61,505 bases of DNA from Draconibacterium orientale (GTDB taxonomy: Bacteria; Bacteroidota; Bacteroidia; Bacteroidales; FEN-979), in assembly GCA_020718225.1 (NCBI GenBank), contig DYSO01000003.1, forward strand, positions 1-61,505, given 5' to 3'. Every line of letters begins with the position of its first letter. Positions within the stretch are counted from its first letter, which is position 1. This document shows positions 37,937-47,800 of this stretch, one piece after another. Position numbers and translations under genes: made by a program. The notes beneath the pieces are model-generated. The model saw only the letters and a program-made list of their open reading frames with translations, was not told where the DNA came from and made no database searches.

Positions 37937-37963
37937 TGTTAAAGATTGTTAACACATTGTTAA
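37937..37963 (+). promoter_or_regulatory. Three TGTTAA direct repeats (37937, 37947, 37958) in the alaS leader; candidate operator
   Basis: 10/11-bp period; the middle copy is the palindrome TGTTAACA. Confidence 0.45.
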
Positions 37964-37975
37964 TCTAATAATTAT

Positions 37976-40603
37976 ATGGATTCAACCCACATCCGGCAAA
38001 CCTTTCTGGATTTTTTCAGGTCAAAGCAACATGACATCGTTCCTTCAGCCCCAATGGTTGTTAAAAATGATCCCACGCTGATGTTTACCAACGCCGGAAT
38101 GAACCAATTCAAAGATATTTTTTTAGGGAACCAGGCAGCCGTTTCCAGCCGGATAGCCGACACCCAGAAATGTCTGCGGGTATCCGGGAAACACAACGAC
38201 CTGGAAGAGGTTGGCCACGACACCTATCACCATACCATGTTTGAGATGTTGGGGAACTGGTCATTTGGTGATTATTTTAAGAAAGAGGCAATTGCCTGGG
38301 GGTGGGAGTTGCTGACTGAAGTATACAAGATTGATAAAAATCGATTATATGTCACTGTTTTTGAGGGAGATGAAAATGAAGGACTGGGAATGGACACCGA
38401 GTCTTTGGATTGCTGGAAAGATTTTATTCCGGAAGACCGGATTCTGCCCGGATCAAAAAAAGACAATTTCTGGGAGATGGGCGATTCCGGTCCCTGTGGC
38501 CCATGTTCAGAGATACATATTGACATCCGTGACGTCGCTGACAGGGAAAAAATATCCGGCGCCACACTGGTCAATAAAGGAAATCCTTTGGTAATTGAGA
38601 TCTGGAATTTGGTTTTTATTGAATTTAACCGGCAATCAAATGGAATATTGATACCGTTGCCAGCCCGTCATGTGGATACGGGAATGGGATTCGAGCGGTT
38701 GTGCATGGTATTGCAGGGCACCAAATCAAATTACGATACGGATGTATTTCAACCATTGATTCAGGCCATTGCGCAAAAAACATCGTTGGAATACGGTAAA
38801 CAGCCCAAATCGGATATAGCAATGCGGGTCGTGGCCGATCACCTTCGCGCCATTGCCTTTGCCATTGCCGACGGACAATTGCCATCGAATGTCAAGGCAG
38901 GATATGTAATCAGGCGTATCCTCCGGCGTGCCGTTCGTTACAGTTATACTTTTCTGGGCATGAAAGAGCCCTTCCTTTATGAATTGCTTCCCTTTCTGAT
39001 TGCTCAGATGGGACCCATTTTCCCTGAATTGATCAGGCAAAAAGAATTGATTACCAATGTTATCCGTGAAGAAGAAACGGCGTTCCTGAGAACGTTATCT
39101 GCGGGGATTCAACGGTTTAATGCCTATATTGGTCTACAGAAACCGAATGGAGAACCTGTCATTGACGGGTCATTTGCCTTTGAACTTTACGATACATTTG
39201 GTTTTCCGATCGACCTCACACAACTTATGGCCCGTGAAATCGGATGGAGTGTCGATATGGCAGGCTTCAACCACCGGCTGGAAGAACAGAAAGCACGATC
39301 GCGCCAGGATGCCACAGTTGAAACTTCCGACTGGATTGTTCTCATTAAAGATGCCGGGATGTCTGTGTTTATCGGGTATGATACCATGGAGACGATGACC
39401 CGGATCACCAAATACCGAAAGGTTACCTCTAAAAGTACCGGTTTTTATCACCTGGTTCTTGAAAAAACTCCGTTTTATGCTGAATCTGGTGGCCAGGTTG
39501 GCGATCAGGGATGGTTAACCGCCGGAGATGAAACGATCGAAGTTGTTGACACCCTGAAAGAAAACGAACTGTTCATCCACATTACCACTTCTGTTTTCAG
39601 CAATCCGACCTTACCGGTCCTTGCACGGGTAGATACTGTGAAACGAATTAATACGGCAAACAACCATTCGGCAACCCACCTTTTGCATGCTGCCCTAAGG
39701 AGCGTTTTGGGACCCCATGTTGAGCAAAAAGGATCGTTGGTTGATAATCGGCGCCTGCGGTTTGATTTCACTCATTTTTCCAAACTTACCAAAGAGGAAA
39801 TTGGAAAAGTGGAAGCGCTGGTCAATGAAAAAATCCGTGAGAATATTCCTCTTCAGGAGGAGCGTTCAGTACCCCTTGAGAAAGCCAGGGAAATGGGGGC
39901 CATGGCGCTTTTTGGCGAAAAGTACAGCGATCATGTGCGTATCATCACATTTGATCCAGATTATTCAATGGAGCTTTGCGGGGGAACACATATCCGTGCA
40001 ACCGGTCAAATCGGAATGTTTAAAATCACATCCGAAGGCGCAATAGCAGCCGGAATACGCAGAATTGAAGCCATTACAGCAAAACATGCAGAAGATTACT
40101 GGAATTCGAAAGAAATGCTGCTCGAAAACCTGGCAGAGCAATTGAAAAATCCAAAGGATTTGTTAAAGGGAGTAAAGAATATACTGGAAGAAAACCAGGA
40201 ACTTCGGCGTCAAATCACCTTACTTGGAAAAATAAAGCTTCAGCAAATGAAGGAGCGCCTCACTACTCAGGTGCAACCCATTAACGGGGTCAACTTTCTT
40301 GCAGTAAAAGTAGAACTTGACACAGAGTCGGTTAAAGAACTGGCCCATGAACTGAACCGCGTCATCCCTGATCTTTTTCTTGTGATGGCTGCCGAAAATG
40401 ACAACAAAGTATCTCTCACTGTAATGTTAGGGAACAAACTGATCACGGAACGAAAGCTCCATGCCGGGAATATCGTCCGTGAATTAGCCAAAGAGATCGG
40501 TGGTGGCGGTGGCGGACAACCCCACATCGCCACAGCGGGGGGTAAGAATCCGGCGGGAATACCTGCTGCATTGGAAAAAGCCCGGAGGTTCCTTCAAAGT
40601 TGA
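37976..40603 (+). CDS. alaS: Alanine--tRNA ligase
   Basis: FTNAGMNQFK, HHTMFEMLGNWSFGDYFK, DTGMGFER, NHSATHLLH, ELCGGTH, GGGGGQP. Confidence 0.99.
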   Translation: MDSTHIRQTFLDFFRSKQHDIVPSAPMVVKNDPTLMFTNAGMNQFKDIFLGNQAAVSSRIADTQKCLRVSGKHNDLEEVGHDTYHHTMFEMLGNWSFGDYFKKEAIAWGWELLTEVYKIDKNRLYVTVFEGDENEGLGMDTESLDCWKDFIPEDRILPGSKKDNFWEMGDSGPCGPCSEIHIDIRDVADREKISGATLVNKGNPLVIEIWNLVFIEFNRQSNGILIPLPARHVDTGMGFERLCMVLQGTKSNYDTDVFQPLIQAIAQKTSLEYGKQPKSDIAMRVVADHLRAIAFAIADGQLPSNVKAGYVIRRILRRAVRYSYTFLGMKEPFLYELLPFLIAQMGPIFPELIRQKELITNVIREEETAFLRTLSAGIQRFNAYIGLQKPNGEPVIDGSFAFELYDTFGFPIDLTQLMAREIGWSVDMAGFNHRLEEQKARSRQDATVETSDWIVLIKDAGMSVFIGYDTMETMTRITKYRKVTSKSTGFYHLVLEKTPFYAESGGQVGDQGWLTAGDETIEVVDTLKENELFIHITTSVFSNPTLPVLARVDTVKRINTANNHSATHLLHAALRSVLGPHVEQKGSLVDNRRLRFDFTHFSKLTKEEIGKVEALVNEKIRENIPLQEERSVPLEKAREMGAMALFGEKYSDHVRIITFDPDYSMELCGGTHIRATGQIGMFKITSEGAIAAGIRRIEAITAKHAEDYWNSKEMLLENLAEQLKNPKDLLKGVKNILEENQELRRQITLLGKIKLQQMKERLTTQVQPINGVNFLAVKVELDTESVKELAHELNRVIPDLFLVMAAENDNKVSLTVMLGNKLITERKLHAGNIVRELAKEIGGGGGGQPHIATAGGKNPAGIPAALEKARRFLQS

Positions 40604-40634
40604 TGCCATCCATTCGCAAACTTTTATAAACAAA

Positions 40635-42734
40635 ATGAAAACACGCCTGATGATATCCTTATTATTCAGCTTAACCTTTACGGGGATTCGCCAATCAGGG
40701 GCACAATTAAACGGAATTTTGCCAACCTCAGATTCTCCGGTCCTGAAAACAGAGCATACCCAACAACCCGATACCCAAATGGCCTGGTGGCGTGAGGCCC
40801 GTTTCGGCATGTTTATCCATTGGGGATTATATGCTGTTCCGGCAGGGGAATGGAATGGTAAAACAGGTTATGGCGAATGGATCAGGACTTCAGCTGAAAT
40901 TCCCCTCGACAGATACGATCTGTTTAAGCACAGTTTCAACCCTGTTCAATTTGAAGCGGAAACCTGGGTCAGGTTGGCACGCGATGCAGGCATGAAATAT
41001 ATTGTAATCACCGCAAAACATCACGATGGATTTTGTATGTTTGGTACAAAACAAACGGATTTTAACATTCTGACAACCCCTTTTAAGCACGATCCGATGC
41101 TGGAACTTGCCGCGGCATGTAAAAAGTTCGGGTTAAAATTCTGCTTTTACTATTCCATTATGGACTGGCATCATCCCGATTACCTGCCACGCCGTGATTG
41201 GGAAAAAAACCGTACAACAGAAGGGGCTGATTTCAATCGTTACTTTTCTTATATGAAAGCCCAGTTGAATGAATTGCTTTCAAACTATGGAGATATTGGC
41301 GTCCTTTGGTTTGACGGAGAATGGGAAAGCGCCTGGAATGAGAAATACGGCAGGGAAATTTACGATTATGTTCGGGCCCTTCAGCCCCTGATTCTTGTAA
41401 ATAACAGAGTAGGAGCAGGAAGAATCGGCAATGAGGGACCACCCATAGGAAGGGCTTTTGGTGGAGACTTCGGCACCCCTGAACAGCAGATACCGGATAC
41501 CGGGATCCCAGGGGTTGACTGGGAAACCTGCATGACCATGAACAACCATTGGGGGTATAACAAAACCGACAAGAATTACAAACCGGCCAGGGAAATCATA
41601 CGGATGCTTGCTGATATTGCTTCAAAAGGTGGCAACTACCTTCTGAATGTCGGCCCCACTGCACACGGGTTGATTCCGGAGGAAAGTATTGAACGGTTGG
41701 AAACCATTGGTTCCTGGATGAAAATTAATGGGCAAGCTATTTACGGAACTATGGCCAGTCCGTTCAGAGATTTAGCATGGGGCCGGTGTACCCAAAAAAA
41801 AACAACAAACGGAACCATTCTTTTCCTTCATGTTTTTAACTGGCCCTACGACGGCAAACTGGAGATACCCGGGATACTGAATACACCGGAAAAAGCACAT
41901 TTTCTATCGGATCATGATACAACGCGATTGAAAATAATGCGCACCCATGAGAACCTGGTCATTGTTCTACCCAAAACAGACCCTGATTCCCTCCTTAGCG
42001 TTATTGCCCTTTATTTGCGGGAAAAACCTGATCTCACCGATCCCCCGGAAATAATCAATGAATTCGACACTTTCACCGACTCCCTATCCATCATCCTTTA
42101 CAGCGGGCGCGACAGTGTTGAAATCCGCTATAATTTTGGAGATTCCGAACCTGTTTTCTCCTCTCCTCTCTACACCGGCCCAATTACTGTGACAACCTCT
42201 GCCACAATGAACGCCAGGTGCTTTCGCAACGGGAATCCGGTGAGCAGTGCCATCAGCAAAGAATTTAAAAAAATCTCACCCGTCCCTTCCATCAACCATC
42301 ATTATGATACCACGATGGAAAAAGGATTACTTTTCAGATATTATGAAGGTTCCTGGGACAGCCTGCCGGATTTCAGTCAAGATAAACCAATAAAAACAGG
42401 AACTATCCGGGATTTTCTTTTTATCCCACGCAATCAGGACGAAAATTTCGGTTTTGTCTATGAAGGTTATGTTTGGATCCCGGAAACCAATGTATATTCT
42501 TTCTCCACCATTTCTGATGACGGTAGTTGCCTTTGGATTGAAAACCAACTTGTTGTAAATAACGACGGCCTCCACGGTATGGTTGAAAAATCGGGAAACA
42601 TTGCATTGGCCAAAGGATATCACAAGATCCGGTTGGCATATTTTGAACGTACAGGCAGTGATAATCTGACAGTTACAATAAAAAGCCCCACCCTTTCGAA
42701 ACAACCGCTCCCTCAAGAAATACTCTGTCATTAA
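40635..42734 (+). CDS. GH29 alpha-L-fucosidase with C-terminal Fn3-associated and PA14 domains (start 40635 preferred over 40500)
   Basis: WWREARFGMFIHWG, AKHHDGF, nucleophile WFDGEW, WETCMT, GGNYLLNVGP; PA14 SDDGS..NDGLHG; signal peptide after MKTRL. Confidence 0.92.
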   Translation: MKTRLMISLLFSLTFTGIRQSGAQLNGILPTSDSPVLKTEHTQQPDTQMAWWREARFGMFIHWGLYAVPAGEWNGKTGYGEWIRTSAEIPLDRYDLFKHSFNPVQFEAETWVRLARDAGMKYIVITAKHHDGFCMFGTKQTDFNILTTPFKHDPMLELAAACKKFGLKFCFYYSIMDWHHPDYLPRRDWEKNRTTEGADFNRYFSYMKAQLNELLSNYGDIGVLWFDGEWESAWNEKYGREIYDYVRALQPLILVNNRVGAGRIGNEGPPIGRAFGGDFGTPEQQIPDTGIPGVDWETCMTMNNHWGYNKTDKNYKPAREIIRMLADIASKGGNYLLNVGPTAHGLIPEESIERLETIGSWMKINGQAIYGTMASPFRDLAWGRCTQKKTTNGTILFLHVFNWPYDGKLEIPGILNTPEKAHFLSDHDTTRLKIMRTHENLVIVLPKTDPDSLLSVIALYLREKPDLTDPPEIINEFDTFTDSLSIILYSGRDSVEIRYNFGDSEPVFSSPLYTGPITVTTSATMNARCFRNGNPVSSAISKEFKKISPVPSINHHYDTTMEKGLLFRYYEGSWDSLPDFSQDKPIKTGTIRDFLFIPRNQDENFGFVYEGYVWIPETNVYSFSTISDDGSCLWIENQLVVNNDGLHGMVEKSGNIALAKGYHKIRLAYFERTGSDNLTVTIKSPTLSKQPLPQEILCH

Positions 42735-42780
42735 TGTCTTTGGACCCGGAACAATAATCCCATCTGATAACCTTAACTCC

Positions 42781-45700
42781 ATGCAGAAATTATTTACGGT
42801 GGTTGCCATTCTTTTCCCATTCTTACTCCATGGTCAGGGTGATAACTGGCCTGGTACTTTTTTCAGAGGATACAGCAGTTCTATCAAAGGTGGTGATTTT
42901 CAATACCATTCGCCCCAGCCGGATGTTTCCTCTGCATTACTGTTACGTTCTGTTGATTCGGTACAGTATATCGAATGGGTTACTGATTCTGTTCCTTATG
43001 ATTGTGAAGGACCAAAGGTGAACTTTGTCTGGATGTTCGGTATCGATGCCAACATCGACAGTCACTCTTTCAAACTTTTTGTGAACGGAAAATATTGTCT
43101 CACTTTCCATAATCCTCTTGTTTCAAATCTCAAACCCTGGAGGGTCGATGGAACGGAAGGGCGCTCCCTCTATTTCAGGACCAATATGATTGACAAATAC
43201 GAAGACCTCATGGGATATGCTGTACTGAGCCTTCCTGTTACATTTATAGAAAAAGGAAAGCCACAACTTATCCGTATTGTGGGTGAGTCGAAACAAAGCC
43301 GATCATGGTACATGACCTTTGAATCAGGAGTAGAAGAAAAGCTTACCATTCGTCAGGTTCCTGCCGTTGTTCGTGAAGAAGGGAAAAATGCCATTCCGGT
43401 GTCGTTCCAGTTTATCCACCTTGGTGAGCCTGAAAAAGGCCATCTGAAAATTGATGACGCTGAGCAGGTTACATTCACCCTGGAAACCGGATTCAACGAA
43501 GTGAAAGTCCTTCTCCCTGAAACTTTCACTTTAAGTAAACACAAAGCACAGATTGCCATTCAGGGTAAAAAACCATTCAGCAGAAATTTCGACCTGTTGC
43601 CGCCCCGTCGTTTCACAATATATCTGGTTCAGCATACCCATACCGATATCGGTTATACCCGTCCTCAAACAGAAATTTTACCTGACCATCTTCGATATAT
43701 TGATTATGCACTTGATTTTTGCGATCTTACGGATTCATTTCCCGATGATGCCCGGTTCAGATGGAGTTGCGAGACTTCCTGGGCCGTGCGGGAGTTTATA
43801 AGGACCCGTCCGGCTCATCAGGTTGAACGCCTGTTGCGTCGTGTCAATGAAGGAAGGATTGAGATAACCGGTTTGTTTCTCAACAGTTCCGACCTGGCCG
43901 ATGAAACGATGATTGCAGCCACCTTGTTGCCTGTCAGGGAGCTTCGCGACAGTGGGTTTCCGGTCAGGGCGGCCATGCAAAGTGATATCAATGGCGTACC
44001 CTGGTGTTTGACTGATTACCTGTCGGGAGCCGGGATAGAATATCTCAACATGGCACAAAACACACACCGGGCCGACAAGCCATTTGACAAACCTACCACT
44101 TTCTGGTGGGAATCACCATCCGGGAACCGCATTCTGGTAAACCGTCCGGAACATTACATGTGGGGTAACAGCCTCGGAATTCTTGCAGGCAGTGAGACCT
44201 TCGGGAAGGGTTTGTTTCAACATCTTTTAGAGATCAGCGAAAAAGGATTTCCATTCGATCACTATGCCATTCAGTTCAGTGGATACCTTACCGATAATTC
44301 TCCTCCATCAACCATAGCCTGTAATATGGTCGAATCCTGGAATAAAACCTATGTCTGGCCAAAGTTAAGATTGGCTACAATATCCGAATATCCGGATTAT
44401 ATTATGAAAAACCATGCTTCGGAATTGCCTGTTATTCGCGGTGCATGGCCCGACTGGTGGATGGATGGCTTTGGATCGGCTGCCATACAAACCGCCTTCG
44501 CCCGGAAAACCCATGCAGAATACATCGCCAATCAGGGTCTTATGTCAATGGCGTCGCTTCTGGGAGCGCCTCAGAACCAAACCATCAGGGATCTGCATGC
44601 ACAAATCACAGACGATCTTGCATTCTATGATGAACACACCTTTGGGGCTGCCGAAAGTATCACCGACCCATTGTGTGAGAACAGTACCGTACAATTAGGA
44701 GAAAAAGAAGCCTACGTTTGGAGCGCTGTGAAGAAAAACCACATCCTTCGTGAAGAGGTAATGGGATTGGTTCAACCCTATCTTCCAAAATCGGATTTTC
44801 CCACCATTACGGTTTTTAACACCCTTAACTGGGTTCGGTCAGGAAACACACTGGTATATATTGACCATCAATTGCTTCCAAAAAATAAAAAGTTTCATGT
44901 CATGGATGCAGCGGGTCAGTCGGTTTCCCTTCAACAAATTTCGACCCGCGAAGAGGGAAGCTGGTGGATGTTACAGGTTAAAGATTTGTTGCCACTGGGT
45001 TTTTCAACCTATCGGATTGTGGTAGATGAATCCCCGCGGACCATCCCCACCGATATCCCTTTCGAAGGAATACTTGAAAATGATTTTTACCATATTACTA
45101 TTAATCCGGAAAATAAAAAAATAACCGGATTCCGTGATAAAGAGCAGAACATTGATTTGCTCGACCTTACCGGAAAATATAGCGCCGGAGAGGTGATTTA
45201 CGAGCGTCTCGGCAAGAACCGCGGGCAGTTGGAGCAACGGAAACTGGACGAATTCACACGTCAAAGCTGGAGTGATCTCCGTGTCAGTGACATTCATCGG
45301 GGAGCGGTTTTCCAAAGTATTGTTCTCCACGGCCAGATAAGTGAATGTGCCGATCCCTCGGGCATCCGTTGTGAAATCAGGCTTTATAACCATGAAAAAA
45401 AGGTATCGTTCTGCTATTCAATGAAAAAGCTTCCAGTTGCTGATCCGGAGGGTGTTTATGTTGCATTTCCTTTTAAAATAAATAATGGCCATCACGTTGT
45501 TGAAGTTGCTGGTGGAACCATGATACCTGGTAAGGAGCAAATCGAAGGGTCGGCCTCAGACTGGACCGGCATTCAGAATTTTACATCCCTTCGCAGCGAC
45601 AGCGGACAAATCGTCTTTGTTTCCCCTGAAATTCCTTTGGTTCAATTAGGCAATATCAATCTCGGAGAATTTTTTCGGGTTTCAAATCCGGGTACAATCT

Positions 45701-46263
45701 CAACGACTGAGGAGGCAGAGAGGGATAGGAAATATCCGGCTTCCGGGAGTATCTTTTCATGGATCCTGAATAATTATTGGACCACCAATTTTTTAGCCAG
45801 TCAGAAAGGAGAACTTAAATGGAGCTACCATATCACATCCATGGCTGATCCTTCCAACAACCCGGCCACCCGGTTTGGAATGGAGAACCGGATTCCAATT
45901 CTGACCCGTGTATTACCGTCATCGGGAATCTCCGATACGACGTTCATTCCACAATCCTTCTATACAAGCGTTTCCGGCAATGTGGCGTTGATCTCCATGC
46001 GGCCCGATATCAGCGGTCGGGGAATTCTTCTTCAAATGAGGGAAACAAACGGGGAAGCTGATTCCATCCCGATAGAAGATCAACTTCTTTCATCGGTTAC
46101 ACTGGTACGGGCAACCAGGGCAAAATCGGTATCAGAAGTAAATGTTCTGGAAGAACCCCTGAAAGTACTGTGGGAACAGATCCCTTCAGGATCGATGGAT
46201 AACCACAGGGTATGGGTTGCTTTCAAACCCTATGAAACCAAATTCATTCTGATCCGGATTTAA
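42781..46263 (+). CDS. Large secreted GH38-like glycoside hydrolase with an uncharacterised N-terminal extension
   Basis: IYLVQHTHTDIGYT metal motif; RWSCETSW, MQSDINGVPW, DWWMDG, FYDEHTFG, NNYWTTNF; signal peptide. Confidence 0.8.
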   Translation: MQKLFTVVAILFPFLLHGQGDNWPGTFFRGYSSSIKGGDFQYHSPQPDVSSALLLRSVDSVQYIEWVTDSVPYDCEGPKVNFVWMFGIDANIDSHSFKLFVNGKYCLTFHNPLVSNLKPWRVDGTEGRSLYFRTNMIDKYEDLMGYAVLSLPVTFIEKGKPQLIRIVGESKQSRSWYMTFESGVEEKLTIRQVPAVVREEGKNAIPVSFQFIHLGEPEKGHLKIDDAEQVTFTLETGFNEVKVLLPETFTLSKHKAQIAIQGKKPFSRNFDLLPPRRFTIYLVQHTHTDIGYTRPQTEILPDHLRYIDYALDFCDLTDSFPDDARFRWSCETSWAVREFIRTRPAHQVERLLRRVNEGRIEITGLFLNSSDLADETMIAATLLPVRELRDSGFPVRAAMQSDINGVPWCLTDYLSGAGIEYLNMAQNTHRADKPFDKPTTFWWESPSGNRILVNRPEHYMWGNSLGILAGSETFGKGLFQHLLEISEKGFPFDHYAIQFSGYLTDNSPPSTIACNMVESWNKTYVWPKLRLATISEYPDYIMKNHASELPVIRGAWPDWWMDGFGSAAIQTAFARKTHAEYIANQGLMSMASLLGAPQNQTIRDLHAQITDDLAFYDEHTFGAAESITDPLCENSTVQLGEKEAYVWSAVKKNHILREEVMGLVQPYLPKSDFPTITVFNTLNWVRSGNTLVYIDHQLLPKNKKFHVMDAAGQSVSLQQISTREEGSWWMLQVKDLLPLGFSTYRIVVDESPRTIPTDIPFEGILENDFYHITINPENKKITGFRDKEQNIDLLDLTGKYSAGEVIYERLGKNRGQLEQRKLDEFTRQSWSDLRVSDIHRGAVFQSIVLHGQISECADPSGIRCEIRLYNHEKKVSFCYSMKKLPVADPEGVYVAFPFKINNGHHVVEVAGGTMIPGKEQIEGSASDWTGIQNFTSLRSDSGQIVFVSPEIPLVQLGNINLGEFFRVSNPGTISTTEEAERDRKYPASGSIFSWILNNYWTTNFLASQKGELKWSYHITSMADPSNNPATRFGMENRIPILTRVLPSSGISDTTFIPQSFYTSVSGNVALISMRPDISGRGILLQMRETNGEADSIPIEDQLLSSVTLVRATRAKSVSEVNVLEEPLKVLWEQIPSGSMDNHRVWVAFKPYETKFILIRI

Positions 46264-46295
46264 AAAACAAAATAACCACTACTTCGCGATTTATC

Positions 46296-47156
46296 ATGAT
46301 ACGCCGTTTTGAAGAAATCAGTAACAACGCCTGGCCTGCCATTCACACCATTCAGTACGATGGTTGGCTGCTGCGTTTTGCCAATGGAGTAACAAAACGT
46401 TCCAACAGTGTAAGCCTGCTTTACCCTTCAGCCATTGATCCGGAGAAAAAAATTACGTTTTGCGAAAAAACATATAAGGCCCGTGCAATCACTCCTTGTT
46501 TTAAAATTACCTCCATTGCCGATCCAACCGATATAGATCAAAAACTTGAAAAACGCGGTTATTATATTCATTCCAGAATCTCGTTCCAAACCCGTGAACT
46601 TACGTTTACGAATGGTACCAGGCGCCTTGAAATGAACTCAAATTACGACTTTCATCAGGTAAAATCAGGTTTCGGAAAGTTCCGGCACTCCGAATTCATT
46701 TCAAGCCAAACAATACTTCCTGATGGTATGAGTGTGACTATCGATGCTGTTGTGAACCCCCGATGGATGGATGATTTTCTCCGTATGAACGGTTTTGATC
46801 CTGCGCGAAAGGAGACCTACATTAAAATCATGGCGTTGACCCTGACTCCCAAATGCCTGGTTTCTGTAATGAAGGGAGATCGTATTGTTGGGGTGGGATT
46901 AGGGGTATTGGAAGATGCTTTTATCGGATTGTTTGATATTGTAATCGATCCGGAATTCCGCAACCGTGGGCTGGGACAGCTGATTGTTGAAATCATCCTC
47001 CATTGGGGGAAAAATAAGGGGGCAAAAACAGGTTATCTCCAGGTGTTGAGCAATAATATTCCCGCTATCCATTTGTACCGAAAAACAGGGTTCTCGGAAA
47101 TTTATCAGTACCATTACCGGATGCCAGGTAACCGGGAAGATCAGAAATGTTTTTGA
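46296..47156 (+). CDS. GNAT-family N-acetyltransferase
   Basis: NAWPA..T..YDGWLLRFANG.TKRSNSV; FRNRGLG; YLQV...N.PA..LY.K.GF. Confidence 0.9.
   Translation: MIRRFEEISNNAWPAIHTIQYDGWLLRFANGVTKRSNSVSLLYPSAIDPEKKITFCEKTYKARAITPCFKITSIADPTDIDQKLEKRGYYIHSRISFQTRELTFTNGTRRLEMNSNYDFHQVKSGFGKFRHSEFISSQTILPDGMSVTIDAVVNPRWMDDFLRMNGFDPARKETYIKIMALTLTPKCLVSVMKGDRIVGVGLGVLEDAFIGLFDIVIDPEFRNRGLGQLIVEIILHWGKNKGAKTGYLQVLSNNIPAIHLYRKTGFSEIYQYHYRMPGNREDQKCF
46626..46705. repeat. 80-bp palindromic segment with perfect 11-bp terminal inverted repeats inside the GNAT CDS
   Basis: CTTGAAATGAA (46626-46636) / TTCATTTCAAG (46695-46705). Confidence 0.6.
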
Positions 47157-47731
47157 ATCTCCTTTCTGATCTCATCGAGAGCCAGTTCCGAAGGTAATTT
47201 CCCTTTTTCAACCACCATCTCAAAAATTGTTTTCACGAAATCGTCGGTCGATGCTTGCTCACCCGCTTTCAAGGAAGCTCTGTTGATCAGTGTTATCATC
47301 TCCTCTTTCGCGTTTTTGATCAGCTCCCATGCATGACCCGAAATATAAAGCTGTTGTGATAAATTATATTCAAATTCGTCACGGATTGTACGTACCAGCA
47401 TCGATTGCAACTGAGCCCGGGTCATTTCGGAATTGTTTAGCCGAAGGATCAGGTTGGAGGGGTGGATCCGTTCGAGGAAAAGTACAAACCGCTCGTATGC
47501 CTGCAACCTGAGTGGTAGGATGATTTTCTGATCACTGGATGACGCCGGATTTGAAACGGCATTTCCGGAGTGTTTCAGATAAAACCAGAGCAGAAAAAAA
47601 ACGCCGCCAAAAATAAAAAGATAACGTATTAAATCCATCAGGAAATGCGAGATGACTGGAATATCCATAAAAGGATGCGGGTACATATCGGAGAGATTTA
47701 GGGACAAAAATAAGAATTTATTAATGACCAT
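47141..47731 (-). CDS. Conserved Bacteroidota membrane-anchored hypothetical protein (start uncertain, possibly 47686)
   Basis: Single TM; LPLRLQAYER..LFLERI, IR.EFEYNLSQQLYIS..AW motif typical of a conserved Bacteroidota family. Confidence 0.75.
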   Translation of the reverse strand: MVINKFLFLSLNLSDMYPHPFMDIPVISHFLMDLIRYLFIFGGVFFLLWFYLKHSGNAVSNPASSSDQKIILPLRLQAYERFVLFLERIHPSNLILRLNNSEMTRAQLQSMLVRTIRDEFEYNLSQQLYISGHAWELIKNAKEEMITLINRASLKAGEQASTDDFVKTIFEMVVEKGKLPSELALDEIRKEIQKHF

Positions 47732-47758
47732 TTTGTATATCGGAAATCGAAAATTTCT

Positions 47759-47766
47759 TATCTTTG
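47759..47766 (+). promoter_or_regulatory. -7 element TATCTTTG for the aminotransferase
   Basis: TAnnTTTG match; TTTG at 47732-47735 upstream. Confidence 0.55.
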
Positions 47767-47800
47767 TTCTTTTTTACAAAAACCTCATTATCATTATCTT

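Noticed and set aside
40500-40634. GH29 ORF overlapping the end of alaS by about 100 bp
   Set aside because: The signal peptide begins at ATG 40635; the upstream part is an open frame by chance
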